Assembly (NCBI GenBank): GCA_963708045.1
Contig: OY970181.1
Coordinates: forward strand, 643,740 to 707,739
Source: an uncultured bacterium
GTDB lineage: Bacteria > Patescibacteriota > Patescibacteriia > CAIQCM01
DNA: 64,000 nucleotides
Reading direction: 5' to 3'
Positions within the stretch are counted from its first letter, which is position 1. Each line of letters starts with the position of its first letter. Below the pieces are notes generated by a model. That model was given only the letters and a program-made list of their open reading frames with translations. It did not search any database and was not told the origin of the DNA. Position numbers and translations under genes: made by a program. Shown piece after piece: positions 38,285 to 48,184 of the stretch.

Positions 38285-38330
38285 TTCACCCCAACCAAGC
38301 TCGGCTTGGTTGGGGTGAAGTTATATTTTC
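38285..38330 (+). terminator. rho-independent terminator
   Basis: Perfect 16-bp stem 'TTCACCCCAACCAAGC-TCG-GCTTGGTTGGGGTGAA' followed by a T-rich tail. Confidence 0.65.
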
Positions 38331-38387
38331 GTCACAAAGAGTGCACTTTACAAAGGAAATCGGTTTGCGCTATAGTTTTATCTTGAA

Positions 38388-38930
38388 ATGCTAAGACTTT
38401 TTGCGAAAACCTTGCGCACGGGAATAATCACCGAATCTCCCTCAAAGATTCGTGATTTTAATTTAGAAAATTTTGAAATAATCGGCGGCAATATTAAGAA
38501 ACTCGTGGACGAACTTTACGGCGGCCGCGCTTTGCGGATTCGCCACGTGGATGCCGGTTCAACCAATGCGGAAGAACTAGAACTCACTGCACTCGGGAAT
38601 CCGTATTACGACCTTGAACGTTTTGGTTTGTCGTTTACCGCTTCGCCAAGGCATGCCGATATTTTGACCGTTTCGGGTCCCGTAACGCGCAATATGGAAC
38701 ACGCGCTAAAAGTCGCTTATGAAATGACGCCCGAACCGAAGATAGTAGTTGCGGTGGGGGATGGGGCGATAACGGGCGGTATCTGGAATGGATCTTATGC
38801 AATCGTGGGACCGGTTCACGCAGTTATTCCGGTTGACGCAAAAATCCCCGGCGATCCGCCGTCGCCCCTCGCGATAATGAAAGGCTTGCTTTCGGCTTTG
38901 CAAACCGTCAAAGATAAAAAAGATGTTTAA
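38388..38930 (+). CDS. NuoB / hydrogenase small-subunit homologue with no cysteines
   Basis: 'YDLERFG', 'ASPRHADILTVSG', 'MTPEPKIVVAVGDGAITGG', 'IPVDAKIPGDPP' align to NuoB; every cluster-ligand Cys is replaced (CC to GS, C to G, C to D). Confidence 0.8.
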   Translation: MLRLFAKTLRTGIITESPSKIRDFNLENFEIIGGNIKKLVDELYGGRALRIRHVDAGSTNAEELELTALGNPYYDLERFGLSFTASPRHADILTVSGPVTRNMEHALKVAYEMTPEPKIVVAVGDGAITGGIWNGSYAIVGPVHAVIPVDAKIPGDPPSPLAIMKGLLSALQTVKDKKDV

Positions 38931-40932
38931 TCAAAACACGATTTCCTATTTGTTTTTTGCGGCAACGGCCTTGTCACTCGCGGCTGGAATTTTTGGTTTG
39001 TTTGGAAAAAATTCAAAAGCCTTTAATACCGTGGTTGGTGTTTTAAATATGGCGGGCGCGCTCGCGCTGGCTGTGTCCGCCGGCAGTTTTTTATTTTTGC
39101 AGGATCGCGGTTTGTTTGCGGTAGGGGACGCTCGCCTGATTGATCTTTCACACCTCGTGCCGTTTATTGGTTCGCGCGCTCTCTCTTTGGATATGCTCTC
39201 GGCCTATTTTCTTTTGCTTGTCGGCCTTGGTGTTTTTCTTGTTTCTTGGTTTGGAATATTTTATTTGCCGCGCTACAAAGAACAGTATCGTTTCCCTTGG
39301 CTTCACATTGCGACGGCGCTGTTTATTTTTGGAATGGAAATTACCGTTGTCGCCGGAACGCCGTTGGTTTTTCTTTTTGCTTGGGAAATAATGTCGTTTG
39401 CCGCGTATTTTTTGGTGATTGCCGACCGCAAAGCCGAATCGGTTAAAGCTGGTTTTTCTTATATCATTATGACCCAGCTTGGCGCCGCTTGTTTGCTTGC
39501 TGGTTTTGCGATTGTTTCGGGTGGTAATATGAACGCGCTGCTTTCTGGTTTGCAATTAGCGCCGGGCGCGGCGGCGGTTGCCGGCTTGGTTTTGCTGATC
39601 ATTGGTTTTGCCGCCAAGGCCGGTATTTTCCCGTTTCACGAATGGCTTCCACTCGCGCATCCGCAAGCGCCGTCGTCAGCTTCGGCACTTATGAGCGGCG
39701 TGATGCTTAAGGTGGCGCTTTACGGACTTTTGCGAACACTCCAAACGATCGCCCATTTTTCTCTACCTCTCTCTGTGGTTCTCATCATTATCGGCTTTGC
39801 GCTTTTTACTGCGTTTTACGGCGCACTGATGGCGGCGGTGGAAACCGACCTTAAACGAACTTTGGCTTGGAGTTCGGTTGAAAATATGGGGTTAATGTTT
39901 GCGATGGCTGGCACGGTTACTTTTTTGGTGCAACTTGGCGCGATGGATGCCGCGGGCGCCGTTTGGATCGCGCTTTTTGTTTTTGCCTTTTGCCATATGC
40001 TTTTTAAGTCGGGTTTGTTTATGGCCGCGGGCGCGCTTATTTCGGAAACACATACGCGTGACCTTGATCTAATGGGTGGACTGGCGAAAAAGTGGCCGGT
40101 TTTCTCGGGTTGGTTTTTATTGCTCGCGCTTTCGGCCGCCGCCTTGCCGCCGGCGGGAACGTTTTATGCGGAATGGATTTTCTTAACGACGGCGGGCGCG
40201 GTTGCGAGCGCTGGCGCGGTTGTCGGATTTATTTTTGTAATCATAATTTCTATTTTTGCTTTGGCCGCTGGTTTAGCTGCGTTTGCAATGATTAAAGTTT
40301 TTGCCGCCGCGTTTCTTGCAAAGCCGCGGAGTGAACATTCGGAACACGCCAAAAGAATGCCAAAAGCGCTTTATGCGCCAGCGGCCGTCGCCGCCGCTTT
40401 GTGCGTTGGCCTTGGTTTGGCACTTCCATATTTTTTGCGCGGCTTATGGCCAAGCGCGGAACGCGTGGTATTTTCTAACGCTTCGCTTATCGCTAGTGGC
40501 GCAAAACTTTCGCCCTTGTTTGTTGCCGCGGCCTTTGTCTTTGTCGCACTTGGCGTTTGGCTGATTCGTTTAGCTTTTAACCGACGCAAGATTCGCATTA
40601 CGGATACCTGGGACTGCGGCGCGCCGCTAACAGCTCGTATGGAATACACGGCAACGGCTTTTTCCGCGCCGCCGCGTTTCTTTTTCCGCGCCTTTACTTT
40701 GCCTTGGAAAAAAATGTCCGTCACGCCAGTTACATTGGGAAACAAATGGATCGCGCAAAAAAAATTGGAGCACGGCACAAAAATGCTCGCCGAGCGCTTT
40801 CTTTATCAACCGGTCGCAATGACGCTTGACCGTCTTTCGGGCGGCGTAAAACTGATGCAAAATGGTGTGGTTCAGTTTTATCTGGCGCTTATCTTTGTTG
40901 CTTTGGTCGTAACGCTTATTGTTGCCCTATGA
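38923..40932 (+). CDS. NuoL/MrpA/HyfB-like antiporter-type membrane subunit
   Basis: 'FPFHEWLPLAHPQAPSSASALMSGVMLKVALYGLLR' hallmark motif; 669 aa and about 16 TM helices; ATG overlaps upstream stop. Confidence 0.8.
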   Translation: MFNQNTISYLFFAATALSLAAGIFGLFGKNSKAFNTVVGVLNMAGALALAVSAGSFLFLQDRGLFAVGDARLIDLSHLVPFIGSRALSLDMLSAYFLLLVGLGVFLVSWFGIFYLPRYKEQYRFPWLHIATALFIFGMEITVVAGTPLVFLFAWEIMSFAAYFLVIADRKAESVKAGFSYIIMTQLGAACLLAGFAIVSGGNMNALLSGLQLAPGAAAVAGLVLLIIGFAAKAGIFPFHEWLPLAHPQAPSSASALMSGVMLKVALYGLLRTLQTIAHFSLPLSVVLIIIGFALFTAFYGALMAAVETDLKRTLAWSSVENMGLMFAMAGTVTFLVQLGAMDAAGAVWIALFVFAFCHMLFKSGLFMAAGALISETHTRDLDLMGGLAKKWPVFSGWFLLLALSAAALPPAGTFYAEWIFLTTAGAVASAGAVVGFIFVIIISIFALAAGLAAFAMIKVFAAAFLAKPRSEHSEHAKRMPKALYAPAAVAAALCVGLGLALPYFLRGLWPSAERVVFSNASLIASGAKLSPLFVAAAFVFVALGVWLIRLAFNRRKIRITDTWDCGAPLTARMEYTATAFSAPPRFFFRAFTLPWKKMSVTPVTLGNKWIAQKKLEHGTKMLAERFLYQPVAMTLDRLSGGVKLMQNGVVQFYLALIFVALVVTLIVAL

Positions 40933-41852
40933 ACACGGTAAATTTAATTATCAGCACAGTTATTATTATTCTTCTCGCGCCGCTTTTTACCGGCTTGATT
41001 CGGAAATTTAAAGCGTTTTTTGGTAATCGCCGCGGCGCGCCCTTGCTTCAGCCATATCGTTCGCTGGCCACGCTTACAAAAAAAGAAATGACGATATCTG
41101 AACACGCAAGCTGGGTGTTTCACGGCGTACCGTTTGTTGTTTTGGGTTGTGCAATTTTTGTGGCCGTGATTGTTCCGACGTTTTTTGCGAGCGGTGTCAC
41201 AATTGGCAATTTATTTTTACTCTCCGCGGTTTTGATGATCGGCGCTTGTGCTTTAGTTTTGGGTGGAATGGACACAGCCTCGGCTTTTGGCGGAATGGGT
41301 GCTAGCCGCGAAATGACCATTGCCGCGCTGACCGAGCCAGTGCTTGTTCTTGCGCTGGTTGCGCTTGGTGCGACGACTGGTTCGTGGACTGCGGGTGGAG
41401 TGCTACAGGAAATGGCTTTGGCGCCGTGGTGGCTGGTGCATCCGTTTATGGTGCTCGTCTTTGGCGCTTTGGCGATGATTGTTTTGGCCGAAGGCGCGCG
41501 CTATCCGGTTGATAACCCGACCACCCACCTTGAACTCACAATGGTTCACGAAGCAATGGTGCTTGAATATTCTGGTCCGTATTTGGCGATGCTTGAATAT
41601 GCGGCGGCTTTAAAATATGCCGTGCTCGCCGTTTTCTTCGTTAACTTAGTCGTGCCTTATAGTGTTTGGGGCGCGGGCGCGACGCTTACTGCTGGCATTA
41701 TCGGTTTTGCTGTTAAGTTTATTTTGGCCGCGTTCCTTACAGCGTTTCTTGAATCAATGGTTGCCAAAATGCGCTTCTACCGCTTGCAAGAATATTTTAC
41801 GGCTGCTTACTTGCTCGTATTTTTTGGTTTTTTACTTTCCTTGATGTTCTAA
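40929..41852 (+). CDS. NuoH/HycD-like membrane subunit
   Basis: 'GNRRGAPLLQPYRSLATLTKKE' loop resembling NuoH 'R.GP...QP..D..KL..KE'; 8 TM helices; ATGA overlap. Confidence 0.7.
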   Translation: MNTVNLIISTVIIILLAPLFTGLIRKFKAFFGNRRGAPLLQPYRSLATLTKKEMTISEHASWVFHGVPFVVLGCAIFVAVIVPTFFASGVTIGNLFLLSAVLMIGACALVLGGMDTASAFGGMGASREMTIAALTEPVLVLALVALGATTGSWTAGGVLQEMALAPWWLVHPFMVLVFGALAMIVLAEGARYPVDNPTTHLELTMVHEAMVLEYSGPYLAMLEYAAALKYAVLAVFFVNLVVPYSVWGAGATLTAGIIGFAVKFILAAFLTAFLESMVAKMRFYRLQEYFTAAYLLVFFGFLLSLMF

Positions 41853-41856
41853 AGCT

Positions 41857-42513
41857 ATGACTGCTGACACTTATCGTTTATTGGTTGATATCCTCGCAGG
41901 TGTGATGCTTGTTTCTGGAGTTTTTATGCTTGGTCGCGTTCGCGTCCGCTCGCTTTTGCGTTTCTTTGCCGTGCAATCGTTCGCGCTCGCGCTTGTCGCC
42001 GCGGCAAGTGCGATCTTTGAAGGGCGTTGGCACCTAATGGCGACAGCGATTCTTGTTTTTGCTATAAAAACAATTTTTTTGCCGCTGTTTATGGTCTCGG
42101 TTATGGCCAAAGGGCGCATTTACGAACGGCTGGTTTTTGCAATGCGTCCGGCACTGTCAATGTTTGTCGGCGCGATAATGGCAGTGCTTGGTTTTTATCT
42201 GACGGCTTCGCTTATTCCCGAACTTGGCGATAATTTTTTCGTGGTTGCAGTTTCGGTTTCCATTGCCCTTGTTGGTCTCCTAATGCTTATGACGCGCAAA
42301 GGACTCTACGGCCAAATCGTCGGCTTCCTAATTTTAGAGAACGGGATTTTTACTTTGGGGATGGCGCTTACCGGAGGGATGCCGCTCATTGTTGAGGTTG
42401 GAATATTTTTTGACGTAACCGTTGGCGCGATTATTATGGCCTTGCTTTCATATCGCGTTCACAGCGAAAGCCGCCGCGCTGACACTGAGTATTTGGAAAC
42501 TCTTATTGACTAG
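41857..42513 (+). CDS. HyfE/NuoK-family small membrane subunit
   Basis: 218 aa with 6-7 TM helices, no Cys-rich motif; position and size match HyfE. Confidence 0.5.
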   Translation: MTADTYRLLVDILAGVMLVSGVFMLGRVRVRSLLRFFAVQSFALALVAAASAIFEGRWHLMATAILVFAIKTIFLPLFMVSVMAKGRIYERLVFAMRPALSMFVGAIMAVLGFYLTASLIPELGDNFFVVAVSVSIALVGLLMLMTRKGLYGQIVGFLILENGIFTLGMALTGGMPLIVEVGIFFDVTVGAIIMALLSYRVHSESRRADTEYLETLID

Positions 42514-42516
42514 CTT

Positions 42517-43977
42517 ATGTATATAATTTTTGCCGTCCTAGCCGCCGCCATCACCGCCCTTGTTTGTCTTTTTGCGCGGAATTATCGCGCGCTCACGATC
42601 TCGGCCGTTAGCGGATCGTTTGTTGTTTTTGCCTTCGCGCTCATTTCCATCGGCGCTTGGTTTGGTTTTATTCCGGGGAGTATGGCTTGGCTTAAGTTTG
42701 ACGGGTTTGGCGCGGTGATGTTGGCGCTCGTTGCCGTCGTGCAACTTTTTGCGACCATTTCAAGCGTTCCGTATTTGCGCGCGGAAATAGAAGAGGGGAC
42801 GGTTACTTTTTCGCAAGCGCGTTGGTATAACGCGCTAATTCCAGCCTTTGTCATTTCAATGATCCTCGCGGTTTCGGTTGATTCGCTTGGTCTTATGTGG
42901 ATTGCGATGGAAGGCACGACGCTTGCGACGACAATGCTTGTAGCTTTTTATACAAAAGAAGGTTCGCTTGAAGCGGCTTGGAAATATATTCTCGTTTGCT
43001 CGGCCGGCATTGCGATTGGTTTGATTGGCGTTCTCCTTATCTTCTATGCCGCTTTTTTGGGAAGCGGCAGCGAAACCGTTTCCATAACTTGGACAAGCCT
43101 TTTGGCGTCGGCGCACTTGTTGCCGCCGGCAGTTGTTAAATTGGCGTTCGTTTTTGCTTTCATCGGTTTTGGCACCAAAGTCGGAATGGTGCCAATGCAT
43201 ACTTGGCTTCCCGATGCCCATGGCAGGACGCCGTCGCCGGTTTCGGGAATGCTTTCGGCTGTGCTTTTGCCAATCGCGCTTTTGATTATTTATCGTGCCA
43301 AGGTGGTTGTTGATGCCGTTCTTGGCTCGGCTGACTGGAGCAATGGTTTCTTTATTTTCTTTGGCGCGCTTTCGGTTGCCGTGTCGGTTTGTTTTATGGT
43401 GAGGCAAAAAAACTACAAGCGCCTGCTCGCTTATTCCTCCATAGAACATATGGGCTTTGCGGTTTTTGCCTTAGGCTTTGGAAAGCTCGGTGTAATTTTT
43501 GCGATGATTCACATTATCGGCCATGCCCTAATTAAATCGGCACTCTTCTTTGGCACGGGTAATATTTTGATCGCCTATAAAAGCACCAAGTTTGACAAGG
43601 TGGCGATGGTTGCCAAATATTTGCCAAGACTCTCTGTACTTTTTGTCATTGCCTTGCTAATGCTTTTGGCCGTACCGCCGTCGCCGCTTTTCTTTTCCGA
43701 GCTGGGAATTTTTGCGCTGGGTTTTGGCACGCATCCGCTCGCTTCAGCCATCGTGCTCGCCGCTTCGGTTATCGCCGCTGGTTCGTTTTTTATGAATTTT
43801 ATTCCGATGTTTTTTCTTGGTCACGACGACGCCCGGCCGACGCATAAAGAAGTTGAACATTGGAACGCGACGCATACGGCGATTGCGGCCGGTTTGGTTT
43901 TAGCCGTGGCTTTTGGTGTGTCGCTTCTCGCTGGTTCTGGCCGCGAAATGCTTGCTCAAATTATTTCAATCATCTAG
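42517..43977 (+). CDS. NuoN/NuoM/HyfF-like antiporter-type membrane subunit
   Basis: 'MVPMHTWLPDAHGRTPSPVSGMLSAVLLPIALL' hallmark motif; 486 aa. Confidence 0.8.
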   Translation: MYIIFAVLAAAITALVCLFARNYRALTISAVSGSFVVFAFALISIGAWFGFIPGSMAWLKFDGFGAVMLALVAVVQLFATISSVPYLRAEIEEGTVTFSQARWYNALIPAFVISMILAVSVDSLGLMWIAMEGTTLATTMLVAFYTKEGSLEAAWKYILVCSAGIAIGLIGVLLIFYAAFLGSGSETVSITWTSLLASAHLLPPAVVKLAFVFAFIGFGTKVGMVPMHTWLPDAHGRTPSPVSGMLSAVLLPIALLIIYRAKVVVDAVLGSADWSNGFFIFFGALSVAVSVCFMVRQKNYKRLLAYSSIEHMGFAVFALGFGKLGVIFAMIHIIGHALIKSALFFGTGNILIAYKSTKFDKVAMVAKYLPRLSVLFVIALLMLLAVPPSPLFFSELGIFALGFGTHPLASAIVLAASVIAAGSFFMNFIPMFFLGHDDARPTHKEVEHWNATHTAIAAGLVLAVAFGVSLLAGSGREMLAQIISII

Positions 43978-43982
43978 ACATT

Positions 43983-45542
43983 ATGGAAATAAAAGATATT
44001 GTCGCCGAACTTAAACTTGTCGCGCCGGAAAAGAAAACCGAATCCGAGCCGGTTTTTGACGTTGCTCGCGAAAACATTGCCGTGCTTGCCGACAAGCTTG
44101 TAAATAGTCTTGGCTTGTCGCTCGCGCAAATGTTTGCCGTGGAAGAAAAACGCGGCGTTTCGTTTTCGCTTTATGTGGTTTTTCGCACGAACGGAGCAGT
44201 GCCGTATTTTTCTTTGCGCACCGCGATACTAGCAAACGATCCGCACTACCCGTCGCTTACGGCGCACGTTATGGCGGCACATTGGTATGAACGCCTAATT
44301 CAAGATATGTTCGGCTTGGTTGCCGACGGTCATCCTGATTCGCGGCGCTTAGTTCATCACGAAAATATTCCCGCGGCCACACATCCGCTCCGAAAAGATT
44401 TTTCGTGGAACGAAAAGCTCGCGCACGCGAGCGAACCGTACCCAATGCATCGCGTGGAAGGCAAGGGGATTTATGAAATTCCCGTTGGCCCAATTCACGC
44501 CGGCATTATTGAACCGGGACATTTTCGTTTTAATGTCATTGGCGAACGGGTTATAACACTGGAGGGAAAATTATTTTTCAAACACAAAGGCGTGGAAAAA
44601 ATTTTGGAGGGCAAAACGCCGACCGAAGCCCTGCCGTTTGTTGAACGCGTTTCTGGCGATATGGCCGTGGGTCACACTTTGGCTTTTTGCCAAGCCGTAG
44701 AAACTATCGCCGGGACGAAAGTTTCAGGGCGGGCAAAGTATTTGCGCGTCGTCCTTTCCGAGTTTGAACGCGTCATAATGCACTTGCACGATATTTCCAA
44801 CATCGGCGGCAACGGCACGGCGCTTTCGTTTATGTTTGCCCAAGGCTCAAGATTAGTTGAACGCGAACGTCGTCTTGCGGAAAAACTTTTTGGCCATCGC
44901 TTTTTGCGCGGCAACATTATTCCAGGCGGTGTTACGCACGACCTAGACGCCACCCAAGCCAACGAATTAACGGTTGAGTTGGAATATATCAGAAAAGAAA
45001 TTGACGCCCTAGAAAAAATCGCTCGCAATTCGGACAGTTTTATGGAGCGACTTGAAACCACTGGCATCCTTAAACAAGACGCCGCGATCGCTTATGGCGC
45101 AGTTGGACTTCCGGCACGAGCCTCCGGCCTTACCTGGGACGTCCGCCTTGGCGCGCCGTATGCCGCCTACAACAAATTAAGCCCAATCATTAAAGTGGAA
45201 CAGTCCGGCGACGTTTACGCCAGATTTATTATGCGCTTCCGCGAAATTCGCGAAGCCATTCGTTTAATTAAAGAAGCGCTTGCAACTATGCCTACTGGCT
45301 CACTTGCTACTAGCTTTGTGCCACAAGCTGGCAGCGCGCTTGGATATGCCGAAAGCTGGCGCGGCGAAATATTAGACTGGGTCAAACTAGACAAAGACGG
45401 CCGCATTGACCGCTGCGTTATCCGCGACCCAAGCTTCTGCAACTGGTCCCTCTTCAGCGAACTAACCCCCGGCAACATCGTCCCCGACTTCCCAATCTGC
45501 AACAAAAGTCTGAACTTGTCGTATTCGGGGAATGATTTGTAG
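43983..45542 (+). CDS. NuoC-NuoD fusion / HycE-like large subunit lacking NiFe-ligand cysteines
   Basis: N-terminal NuoC-like 'YERLIQDMFGLVADGHPDSRRL'; NuoD/hydrogenase core 'GPIHAGIIEPGHFRF'; L1 position reads 'ERVSGDMAVGH' (not R.CG.C...H); C-terminal 'DPSFCNW' instead of DPCxxC. Confidence 0.8.
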   Translation: MEIKDIVAELKLVAPEKKTESEPVFDVARENIAVLADKLVNSLGLSLAQMFAVEEKRGVSFSLYVVFRTNGAVPYFSLRTAILANDPHYPSLTAHVMAAHWYERLIQDMFGLVADGHPDSRRLVHHENIPAATHPLRKDFSWNEKLAHASEPYPMHRVEGKGIYEIPVGPIHAGIIEPGHFRFNVIGERVITLEGKLFFKHKGVEKILEGKTPTEALPFVERVSGDMAVGHTLAFCQAVETIAGTKVSGRAKYLRVVLSEFERVIMHLHDISNIGGNGTALSFMFAQGSRLVERERRLAEKLFGHRFLRGNIIPGGVTHDLDATQANELTVELEYIRKEIDALEKIARNSDSFMERLETTGILKQDAAIAYGAVGLPARASGLTWDVRLGAPYAAYNKLSPIIKVEQSGDVYARFIMRFREIREAIRLIKEALATMPTGSLATSFVPQAGSALGYAESWRGEILDWVKLDKDGRIDRCVIRDPSFCNWSLFSELTPGNIVPDFPICNKSLNLSYSGNDL

Positions 45543-45602
45543 TCAAACAAAACAAATTTACATCGTTTTGTGGTGTTAGGTGTATTCTATAAACACCAAC
45601 TG

Positions 45603-45634
45603 AAACACGGCCTTGATTAAAGGTCGTGTTTTTG
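45603..45634 (+). terminator. hairpin terminator after the hydrogenase-like operon
   Basis: 'AAACACGGCC-TTGATTAAA-GGTCGTGTTT' (one G-U pair) followed by TT. Confidence 0.55.
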
Positions 45635-45657
45635 TATATGCTAGGTCATATTTGATT

Positions 45658-46038
45658 ATGTCTCACCCTACCGTAGGAATAATTTGTTCAACCATATCGG
45701 ATTTTTCAGTAAAAACACCAGGAGAGACAATCTCGTTCATTTTTAAATATGGGCATTATCCGTGGCGATACATTATTATTGTAATATTAGTAATATTTGT
45801 TTTTTGGGAGTTTAGTACAAGATGGCAGGGGAGAAAATCAGTAAATGGTTTTTCACGAAAATTTAATGTACTGGTAGGAAGTGTAGTTTATATGTTGAAT
45901 CTTTGGCTAGTTGGATATTTAATTAGTTTATTTATAGGCGATTCGGCGGCCTGTATTCCTGAATCCGTCGGATCGTATTTCGTTGCGTTCTTTTTAACCA
46001 AGAAAGAGTTAAGAATAATAGGATTCTGGGTTTATTAA
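45658..46038 (+). CDS. small hypothetical membrane protein (AT-rich island)
   Basis: ATG 45658 'MSHPTVGIICST...'; three hydrophobic segments; about 33% GC. Confidence 0.4.
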   Translation: MSHPTVGIICSTISDFSVKTPGETISFIFKYGHYPWRYIIIVILVIFVFWEFSTRWQGRKSVNGFSRKFNVLVGSVVYMLNLWLVGYLISLFIGDSAACIPESVGSYFVAFFLTKKELRIIGFWVY

Positions 46039-46181
46039 GGAAGATATGTATCTGGGACAGAACTGTGTCATCCTATGTTAATAGAAAAAGGCATTATAGG
46101 GGAGGAGTTGTAATTGATGGTTTAAACGACTACGCTATCAGTGTAACCACTACCGATTTAGAGTCTATATAATTAACCGCA

Positions 46182-48167
46182 ATGAAATCAGAAAAGTCAT
46201 CAAAATTAATTGAACAAATAAATCGTAGAGTGGGGGTAGTCAACCTCTTAGCTCTCTTTAAGGCCGTGATCGTGGGAATATTATCGGCCGAGGCTTTTTA
46301 TGTTGCGAAAGTCATCGCCAATCTGCTAGAAGAAACTATAAAAAGGGCAAATTTTGAAAATTGGGCAATTGCAATCAGTGTTTTATGTCTCGTAATCGTT
46401 GGTATTTATGTGTTTGTGAGGGGACTATTTTTTGACATTTGGAAGATACTGAAAAGTTTACGGTTCGATATATACGTTTCTTTTTTATTGGGAATTTCAA
46501 TCAGCATATCATTCAATGGTATTGGAACAAATTTATATAAAACAATTCTTTCGTACTTAAATATAAGTCAGGTTTTGGTTCTCATCCTTACTCCTATTAT
46601 CGTTGGTTTGCTAATATTAATCCGCGCTGTTTTGGAAGAATTACTCGGCGGGAAAAAAGAAGATCCGTTTTTTATTCCTGACAAGGAAGAAAGATATAAA
46701 AACAACGATCTTCTTGATTATGCCAACCAAGCGACTCTTTTTGCTGAAAGAATATATAATAACGGGTCTGAGAATAGTTTAGTTTTTGGAATCGATGCGC
46801 CGTGGGGTGTTGGTAAATCAACCTTTATAAATTTTTGCATAGAATCATTTGAGGAGAAGAAATACAAAGACCGAGTTGTAGTTTATAGATTTAACCCATT
46901 GAGATACGAGGATCGGACAAATCTACTCGAAAAATTTATTGATGGATTAATAACGACTATTCAAAAAAATACATTTGCACCAGAAATTAGACCATTGATT
47001 TCGCATTACTCACGGATTATTAAGTCTAAGGTTTCGGCACCTATTTCATTTTTTGGTATCGGAATAAAATTATCTCCTGGAACCTACACGGTTGATGACG
47101 CTTTTAATGATTTAGAGTCAGCTTTAAAAAACCTTAAGAAAAAAATTGTTATAATTGTTGACGATTTGGATCGTCTTGAGCTTTCGGCAATAAAAGATGT
47201 TCTTTTTACTCTAAAAACGAGTTTTAATTTACCGAATGTGTCCTATGTTATTTGTTATGACACAGAAAATATTGCAACTTTAAACTATGGTAGCCCGGAC
47301 GATGATAAATTAATGGAGTTTTTTGAAAAATTTGTAAATGTCAAGGTAAGTCTCTTTATTGATAATAAGATACTCGAAAAATATGTTACAGATAATTTTA
47401 ATATTGCCCTACAAAATAATCTTGGAACAAATCCCATAACGCGTGAAAAAATACGAGAAGCCATTTGTGAGTTGGTAAATATATACAAATCGCAAGAAGC
47501 TCATTTGTACCAGTCATTTATTGGTGACATTAGAAAATTGAAAAGACTCATTAATACGATAATGCTTTTAAAAATCGAAGAGACTGATTTTGGAAATAGC
47601 GATTTTGACAAAAGTGATTTGGTTCATCTTTTATTGATATACATAAATTACCCGAATATTTTTCGAAAAATATATAATACTGAAACAGGCGGCAAGAGAA
47701 GATTCTTTTCGGTCGTCGCCCCACATGAGGATGGTTTTATTGGAATACCCGGCCAGCGTTCAGAGGATGGGCAATATGAAAATTCCACATACTATAAGGA
47801 ATACTTAAAGAGCCTAAATGATAATCAACGCTTTCTTTTAAATAAAATCTTTGATGTTACTAAACGATTGCCTGATACTCGTCGGATTGATTCGGTATCG
47901 CCAACGATAAAAAAATCTTATGCATGTTTTAATGGCGGTTGGGGTGCGGGGAAAAACCTTGAAGAATACCTTCATCTCATTGTTAAATTAGTGAAACCAC
48001 AAAAAAGAGGTCAGTATAAATTTTATTTGAATGCACGGGATAAGGTGAAAGGCGGAACAAGCCCCGAGGCCATTTTTAAATCAGAGAAAGATTTTAGTTT
48101 TTCTGAAAGCGAGAACAGTCATCTTCAATTCTGGAACATAATAATGGATACCGCCAACGATCTCTGA
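46182..48167 (+). CDS. KAP-family P-loop NTPase with N-terminal 4-TM domain
   Basis: KAP Walker A 'GIDAPWGVGKSTF'; Walker B 'IVIIVDDLDRLE'; four N-terminal TM helices; AT-rich. Confidence 0.75.
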   Translation: MKSEKSSKLIEQINRRVGVVNLLALFKAVIVGILSAEAFYVAKVIANLLEETIKRANFENWAIAISVLCLVIVGIYVFVRGLFFDIWKILKSLRFDIYVSFLLGISISISFNGIGTNLYKTILSYLNISQVLVLILTPIIVGLLILIRAVLEELLGGKKEDPFFIPDKEERYKNNDLLDYANQATLFAERIYNNGSENSLVFGIDAPWGVGKSTFINFCIESFEEKKYKDRVVVYRFNPLRYEDRTNLLEKFIDGLITTIQKNTFAPEIRPLISHYSRIIKSKVSAPISFFGIGIKLSPGTYTVDDAFNDLESALKNLKKKIVIIVDDLDRLELSAIKDVLFTLKTSFNLPNVSYVICYDTENIATLNYGSPDDDKLMEFFEKFVNVKVSLFIDNKILEKYVTDNFNIALQNNLGTNPITREKIREAICELVNIYKSQEAHLYQSFIGDIRKLKRLINTIMLLKIEETDFGNSDFDKSDLVHLLLIYINYPNIFRKIYNTETGGKRRFFSVVAPHEDGFIGIPGQRSEDGQYENSTYYKEYLKSLNDNQRFLLNKIFDVTKRLPDTRRIDSVSPTIKKSYACFNGGWGAGKNLEEYLHLIVKLVKPQKRGQYKFYLNARDKVKGGTSPEAIFKSEKDFSFSESENSHLQFWNIIMDTANDL

Positions 48168-48184
48168 ACTCAAAAACGGCGTCT

